Part shown: piece by piece, positions 57,544 to 64,000 of the stretch
Layout: each line of letters opens with the position of its first letter
Numbering within the stretch: the stretch's first letter is position 1
Source of the DNA: Diplonema japonicum
Taxonomy: Eukaryota; Protista; Euglenozoa: Diplonemea
Assembly (NCBI GenBank): GCA_964019335.1
Contig: OZ025677.1
Span: 556,252 to 620,251 of the forward strand
Reading direction: 5' to 3'
DNA: 64,000 nt
Translations under genes and position numbers: made by a program
Notes under the pieces: generated by a model
Databases searched by the model: none
Seen by the model: the letters and a program-made list of their open reading frames with translations, nothing else
What the model was told of the DNA's origin: nothing

Positions 57544-59051
57544 TGAGAGACATTTAAGGGTACCTGCGGTATGTGACAGGACGCCTGATCTTTTTCAAAG
57601 AAAAAAAAATAAAAAAAAAAGATGAAGCCCTTTCCCCATGGGAGTCTGCCAGGGGATTTCAAATGAAATCAAAAAAAAAAAAAAAAAAAGAAAACGAGGG
57701 AAAGAGAAGATCCATCCCAGCTGCCCCCTAAAAAAAAAAAAAAAAGGTGTTTCATTTTTTACATTCTTTTAAGAAAAAAGAAGAAAAAAAACACCCTAAT
57801 TTTTTTTTTTTTTGGAAAGAAATGAGGAAATAAGGGTTTTTTTTTTAAAAAAAAAAAAAGAAAGAAAATGGAGGAATATGTTATGTTTGAGTAGAAATGT
57901 GAAGAAGAAACGAAATATTTCGGAGTCAAAGAAGTTAAAAGAAATATATATATGAAGCAAATTCCACGAAATTAACTAAGGTTCTCAAGACAAAAAGCCA
58001 AAGAAAAAAAAACCGGGAAGCGGCTTGAAAATATAATATTTATCACTTTTCTTTTCCCTTTTCCTACTATGAAGGGATAATTGAGCACGCCATCGCTTTT
58101 GCTTCAAAATAATTTTTAAAAAAAAAAAGAAAGAATACCACAAAATAAAAATTTTCTTTTTTTTTGAGAATCTTTTTTTTCCCCATAAATAACAACGATC
58201 TTTGCCCAGGGCGATACGAGGGAAAATAAAAATAAGAATTTAAAAAAAACGAAAAGAAAAGAAAAGAGGGAAAGTGTTTGTTTGCTTTTTTATTCGTTTC
58301 TTTTTTTTTCATATTTTCTTTTTCTCCCTACTAAAAGATTGTTTTCGGCCTTTCTCAAAAAAGATTTTTATTTTTTATCTTCTTTTTTCTTCTTTTATTT
58401 CTTTTCAAGGGGGGGGGTGCATTTTTATTTTCATCATCCTTGTAACTGCTTTCGATGCACAGTGGAGAGAGGAGGGGGTATTTAATTCTTTTTGCTTTTT
58501 TTTTGTAGTTTTTTTGCTTCCGCTCCACCGTTATTTAAAAAGTTAACATAAAAATGGTAGCTTTTTCTCTTCTTTATTTCTTCCCTTCTTTATTTTTATA
58601 TTTTTTTCTTTGTAAAAAAAAAAAAAAAAAAAAAAAGAAACTTAGAAAGAATATCACCATTTCTATTCTGTTTTTTTTTTTCTTCCTTTTTATCTGCCAG
58701 CTTTTTCTGCCGCAGAAACGCCCAGGCGACTTTAGTGTTAGTTTTCTTTTTTTTTGTATTTCCTTCTTTTTTTTTTTATTCTCCAGAAGACGCGGGAAGA
58801 ATATAAAAAAAAACTAAATACTAGAAACAATGTGGAGATAAAGGTGCACAACTTGCCCTTTTCCCAAAAAAAAAAAAAAAATAAAAAATGAAAATAAAAC
58901 AATGGAATATGGTAAAAATACCAAATAAAAAATTATAGAGACCATAAAAGTGCTTGTTATTTTCTTTTTTGTTTTTTTTTTACATTGGCACAGAGGAATA
59001 TAGTCGTATTCAATAGCAAAAGAAAAAAATGTGAAAAAAAATAGAGATTTT

Positions 59052-59090
<39 letters not shown>

Positions 59091-60015
59091 CCCAAACATA
59101 AGCCAAACAACAGACGAGAATACATCATCATAAATGGCAAAAAAGATGTGAGGGACAACGGCGAAAAAAAATATATAAAAAAAAATAAATAAATTCTTCC
59201 TTCTTCAGTATTCCCTTGTTTGAAATCTTTAAGGTCCGAAGGAGTATAAAAATCTTTTTTTTAAAAAAAAAAAACATTGGCGGTTTGTAGATTGTGAAAC
59301 AGAGCCTCACAGCACCAGGCAAATAGGTAGGGGAAGGAAGAAGGTGGGGGGGGGGGGAGGGGGGGAGACGCGGGGGAGGGGGAAAGGAAGGTAACAAAGG
59401 GGAAAAAAAAGTTTTCTTTTCCATCAACCTTATTATGATTTTCCACTCCTTTTTTTTTTCTTCTTCTTTTTCTTTCTCCTCCCCCTATTTTTACCCCTTC
59501 TTTTTTTTCTTTGTTTCTTATTGTTTTTTTTTTTCTCTTTTTTTTTTTTTTCCTTTTTCAGATAGGTTCCAGCTAATAACTGAAGCATAAGTTATTGCTT
59601 AACCCATTTAAAAAAAAAAAAAAGAAAAACTCAAAAAAAAAGGGTTTTTCCTTTTTTTTTTGAGTTTTTTTTCCCCCCCCCCCCGCTCCCTCAGTTCCTT
59701 CGTTATCGTTCCCTCAACTAAACAACGTGTGGGTGAAAACAGAAAAATAGAAAGGGGGTGGGGGAGGAAGAACTTCCAGTTTCGAAAGAACTCTTTTCTT
59801 TAATGAATTAAAAAATTCCAAAAAAAAATTTTTTTTAAAACAGCCATGAGCCGTTTTCTTCATTTCATTCTTTTTTCTTCCCCCTTCTTTGCAAGCTAGC
59901 ACATAAACTCTCAAGTGAGGGATATAACCCTCCCCTTTATTATTACTTTTTTTTGATTTCATGTGTTTTTTTTTTTTTTTTTTTTTTTTTTCCTTTCAAG
60001 TTTCTTTTTTAAAGA

Positions 60016-60094
60016 GAGGAACTGGCTGTTGTTTATAACCTGTAAAAACACGTTAACCAAAGTTCCTACTTTTTGTCAAAGACTCGTTCCTTGC
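60016..60094. repeat. Degenerate repeat family C copy
   Basis: gaggaactggctgttgttt...gtcaaagactcgttccttgc. Confidence 0.6.
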
Positions 60095-60177
60095 AAATAA
60101 AAAAGATTTTTTTTTTTTACTTCGCTTCTCATCATTCAAGGAATGTGTTCCACGGTGGGGTGTATGTTCTTCTTTTT

Positions 60178-60209
<32 letters not shown>

Positions 60210-60484
60210 CTGTTCTGCGTTTTCTTTTTTTTTTTCTTTCCTTTCAAATTTTTTTATTTTTTTTTTTAAAACTTTTTTTTTTCTTTTTTTTTTTTTTTCC
60301 AAGATCAAGGTTTTGCAGAAAATAAAACAAAAAAAATAAAATAAAAAATAAAAAAAAATGAATTCTTTTCGGAGAAATATACCATTTCCCGATAAAAAAT
60401 GTCGTACTAAATAAAATATAAAAAAAAGATTTTTTTTTTTTTTTTTTTTTTTTTCTTCTTAAAATTTTATTTCTCTCTCACCAT

Positions 60485-61291
60485 TCACGCAAAGGTGATA
60501 CCTTCACCCCAGGTGTATGGGTCGTGTGTGTACGATGTCTTTTCCAACTGTTTGCTCCCGACACTGTTGTTATCCTCCTCTTCGCCTGCCTGAGAGGACG
60601 ACGACGAGGGCTGTGAAACATTTGACACCTTCTCATATTTCTCAAGAGGGAGAAAAAGAAATTCTTCAGCAGATATAAGCGACGAGTCAGCAAGGGGGAG
60701 GACTGTGAGCTGCACAGTGGAGCCGACAGGGTAGGCGGTGAAGGACACGTCGACCATGTCATGTTTGAGCATTGTGCGGGTGAGGGCAATGGACTTGACT
60801 GCTGTGTTGACCGTGGTAGGGGAGTCATCAGTGAGAACAAGCCCCACGGGGGTGAGGGAGGCACGGATGATCTTCGATATGGAACCAGCGACCTTCGCTA
60901 CGTGTGAGCATGACTTAAGCTTCCTGACAACTCTGTGCCCGCATGCTGCTTGGCCCGTCACCCCTTCAGGGAGGTCCTCCAGCTTCATGATGAGCCGCAG
61001 GCCAGGGTGCTCCCGTGCCCCGTCCCTTGCCACCGTCGACATGCTTTCTACAGTCGCCCGTACAATCTTCCCTTGGCCCCACATCCTCTTGTTCACCAGT
61101 CCCAGCGCACCGAGAACCGTTCCAATGCTCCCCGCACCCATCCCTTCCACCGCCACGAACCCCTTCGCCTTCAACCTCCCTTCCATCGCACTGCTCAGAA
61201 GCCCCGGCTTTGTCGTTCCACTCGCCCTCAGCGGGTTGCACAGGTCTCCCGCAGTGGGGTCCTTCTTACCAAGTGGTGATGTGGGGTGCAT
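60485..61291 (-). CDS. Second tandem SpoVS-like domain protein (268 aa)
   Basis: PLRASGTTK...VEGMGAGSIGT...HPGLRL and VAKVAGSISKIIR...VNTAVKSIALTR are collinear with the 50070-51191 protein. Confidence 0.78.
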   Translation of the reverse strand: MHPTSPLGKKDPTAGDLCNPLRASGTTKPGLLSSAMEGRLKAKGFVAVEGMGAGSIGTVLGALGLVNKRMWGQGKIVRATVESMSTVARDGAREHPGLRLIMKLEDLPEGVTGQAACGHRVVRKLKSCSHVAKVAGSISKIIRASLTPVGLVLTDDSPTTVNTAVKSIALTRTMLKHDMVDVSFTAYPVGSTVQLTVLPLADSSLISAEEFLFLPLEKYEKVSNVSQPSSSSSQAGEEEDNNSVGSKQLEKTSYTHDPYTWGEGITFA

Positions 61292-61797
61292 TGTGGACGC
61301 CGTTATTATTTTTTTTTTTTTTTTAAAAAAAAAAAAGAGAGAGAAATAAAAACAAACGGAAAAGATTAAATAAAAAAAAAGGATGTGAGATGGGATGTAA
61401 AAAAAAAAAAAAAAAAAAAGAAAGAAAAAAAGTGTTTTTTTTTTTGTGTGTGTATTTAGTTACCTGTTGGGGTTTTGTAATGTTAGTAAAGTTTAAAAAA
61501 GAAATGTCAAATGAGAGGGGGGGGGGGGGATGTGGGTTGTTAAAAAAGAAGAAAAAAACAAAAGAGGAAAGAGGAAAAGTTAATATGATGGGAGAGGGAG
61601 AGGGGGGAAGTGTTTTTTTTTTTAAAGCAAAAAATATTTGCGCCCAAGTAGTCCTTTTTTTTTATTAAATCTTATTATTTTTTTATCTTTTACCATTTCC
61701 CTATTTCTTTTTTTTCTTTTTCAATGAAATCTTCTAATTTTTTCTTTTCATTCTTCAAAAAAAAAAAAAAGAAAAGAAAGAAAAGAAAAAGAAGAAG

Positions 61798-61846
<49 letters not shown>

Positions 61847-62335
61847 CCAGCTGCGCACAAATAAAGGCGATGTTTAAGAACAAATCCCACTTTAGGACTC
61901 AATTCCCTCTTTTTCTTTTTCTGAAAAAATAATCAAATACTGTAAATCTCTTAATTTTGTCCGGGGAGGAAAAACCTCGGGGGAAAAAAAAAAAGATTCT
62001 TGGAGGAAATTACCCCCCCCCCCCCGTTTCGTTTTTTTTTTTTAAATCAGGAATGCAAAGGTCATCCCGTGAGGCAAAGCGAACAAGCTACAGTACAGGA
62101 AAAAAAAAAAAAAAAAAGAAATCCCACCCTTCCGAAACAGCGTTTTTTTTTAAAGCAGGTTTGTTCTTTCTTACTACGTGTGGAGTCGGATATAAGGGGG
62201 CCTGGAACTGCTAAATCAGGTGGCTGAAATCATTTTCCTCCGTCCCGCCCCCTCCCCCCACTACCTGAATTTTATAAAATAAAAAAAAATATAACTCGCT
62301 TCGCTCGTGAAATTCAAAAAAACGAGTGAAAAAAA

Positions 62336-62445
62336 CTAGTTTGGCGCTCCATTTGTTTGTGCGCACGAGCGGAATTTTACCTAATAAAATAGCTCATTAC
62401 GCTGCCATCAACTAGTTTTTAGTCTCGACAATAATATTGTTAAAA
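62336..62445. repeat. Repeat family D copy
   Basis: Near-identical to 40843-40955. Confidence 0.85.
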
Positions 62446-62712
62446 ACAAAAAAAGATTCCGAGTAAAAATCTGGCTGATTTTTATTTAATATGATATTTT
62501 ATTTAATTTTTGTAAAGTTAAATGAGGAAATTTCGGACACTGTGAACCCTTTATGTTCACTTCTGCGAAATGTTCACACTGATAGGTAGTAGGCCGAATT
62601 TGGCTTAAAAAAGTGCTGTAAAAATCAGGTAAAATCTGATTTTTACTCTGAGCAATTTTCGGGCTTTTTCGGTATTCGTCTTCATTTTTTGCATCTGGTG
62701 GCCGCTGACACC

Positions 62713-62780
62713 GCCATAGGTCAGTGGTCAGGACCCTCGGCCAGGGTTTCAGGGGTCGAGGGTTCAAACCCCGAGGGACC
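62713..62780 (+). pseudogene. tRNA-like / Pol III A-box and B-box head
   Basis: TAGGTCAGTGG (A box-like) and GGTTCAAACCC (B box); no clean cloverleaf. Confidence 0.5.
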
Positions 62781-62814
62781 GTTTTTTTGACCCCGATTTT
62801 ATCGAAAATTTTCG

Positions 62815-62889
62815 GGTCCAGGATTTGATCTGGCGTCTCCAGGAGACGAGTGCGACGACATAACCACTGAGCTACCACTGAGCTACGGC
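62815..62889 (-). pseudogene. tRNA-like head with duplicated A box
   Basis: GCCGTAGCTCAGTGGTAGCTCAGTGG ... GATCAAATCC (degenerate B box). Confidence 0.5.
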
Positions 62890-63404
62890 ATGTTGCGCTT
62901 TTACAAACGTCGCTCGACACATACATCGCCTCGCAAAATATGAGACGTAACCCAACCAACCCAAACCACAGTCAGGTATCTGAGGCAAAAAACAGTCAAG
63001 CATCCGAGGCAAAAGAGGCATAAACACACTTTACCACGTTTTCGGGCCACCAAGCATCACACCTGAGGCTGGCAAATGCCGAAAATTACACTGGCCATGC
63101 ATACAGGCGTTCTTTTGCACAATACTTTGTTGATGAAGGAACCTGCTATTTTGGCTGGAAGTCAGACCTGATCAAGCCCCCGCACAAAACCAGCAGTTTC
63201 TGAAGAGCGATGATCAAGTGCCGACACAAATTGCACAAAACCTACAGAATTCTGTCAATTTGACATCATCTTCTCAGGCAATCAGGCTGATTTTTATTCT
63301 TCACTTTATTTTTACTCGTGAACGGTAAAGTGATTTCTGATTTTTATGGCTCTTTAGGAATTTCCTCATGTAACTTTACAAAATTAAATAAAAAATAAAA
63401 ATTC

Positions 63405-63790
63405 ACTATGATAGGAACGAAGTGGTTAGCAACGGCCCACCGCGGTGGCCGTGCCTACCTTATGATGCCCCCCTTTTTTTTGGGGCGTAGCTGACGTTTT
63501 ATATCTTCCAATCCTTTCTTGCTTAGTCGCCGTCAGTCCCGATGCAAACAGGGCCCTCCTATCAAAGCCAACGACGTGGTCGCGGCCAAATGAATCGTAG
63601 TGATCTCACCTTCTTGCATGACTGCGCCGGAAAAGCGCGTCTCCTCTTCTCCCTTAGCCATGTCGCCTGCAGCGTATCCAGGATCCGCTTATCGACCTCG
63701 CACTCCCAAAATTCCCCGCTGGTCGTCGCTTTGTCCGTCCTCCTCCTCCCCTATCCGGGTGGCCGGCCTCTGCCTCGCTCCCCTCACTCT
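63405..63790 (-). mobile_element. Degenerate LINE 3' remnant (family 3)
   Basis: Translates to KRRRAFPAQSCKKVRSLRFI / VVGFDRRALFAS, matching GRRAFPAEPSTRVHTLRSIG...VIGWNRRAIFAS of family 1. The 30-mer at 63405-63434 recurs at 19533-19562. Confidence 0.65.
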
Positions 63791-63882
63791 AAGGAAGTCT
63801 TTGTGAAACGCCCCTTGTTCTCATCTTCTACCTGCACCAATCCCCTTTCAGCAGCGGTTTCTCCTCTTTTGGTGGTCTTGCC
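63791..63882 (-). mobile_element. 3' stub of LINE family 1
   Basis: Matches 42068-42160; 5' junction abuts an A-run on +. Confidence 0.85.
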
Positions 63883-63902
63883 AAAAAAAGAATAAAAAAA
63901 AA

Positions 63903-64000
63903 ATATATGAGTTAAAGGAGGCCGGTGTTGGCGGCGCCCTGCACAAGAACTGTCTACTTGATTACAGGGGGCGCACCGCGGCCGAGTTGTAGCTTCTTCT
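63903..64000 (-). repeat. SINE-like family B copy (runs off the window end)
   Basis: Identical to 41271-41368; preceded by an A-run. Confidence 0.9.

Larger units (their letters stand above)
62497..63394. mobile_element. Putative ~0.9-kb element bounded by imperfect ~36-bp inverted repeats
   Basis: ttttatttaatttttgtaaagttaaatgaggaaatt versus the reverse complement of aatttcctcatgtaactttacaaaattaaataaaa. Confidence 0.55.

Noticed and set aside
62713-62889. Functional tRNA genes
   Set aside because: Acceptor and anticodon stems do not pair properly; only the promoter boxes are recognisable.

Overview
Eukaryotic nuclear DNA, most likely from a diplonemid (Euglenozoa). The evidence is a 38-nt euglenozoan spliced-leader (SL) sequence, 13 host genes all on the minus strand with spacers as short as about 90-160 nt, and one GT-AG cis-intron. 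Host genes encode a GH65 glycosidase, a type I membrane protein, a Rieske protein, a type-B carboxylesterase, a DUF3431-like protein, ribosomal protein eL43/L37a, a tandem-OTU protein, two tandem-SpoVS-domain proteins, a pair of near-identical unknown paralogs and two other unknown proteins. Intergenic DNA is rich in A/T and G/C homopolymers and crowded with mobile elements. The main finding is a ~5.95-kb APE-type LINE (42056-48005, minus). It begins with the host SL exon, has a 2A-like GIHPNPGP motif directly before the endonuclease, lacks a poly(A) tail, abuts oligo(T) on its sense strand, and shares its last ~17 nt with a ~320-bp SINE-like family. Also present are remnants of two related LINE families, a decayed pogo-type DNA transposon nested in a SINE tail, several MITE families and two convergent tRNA-like heads. 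All calls come from reading motifs by eye; no database search was run.
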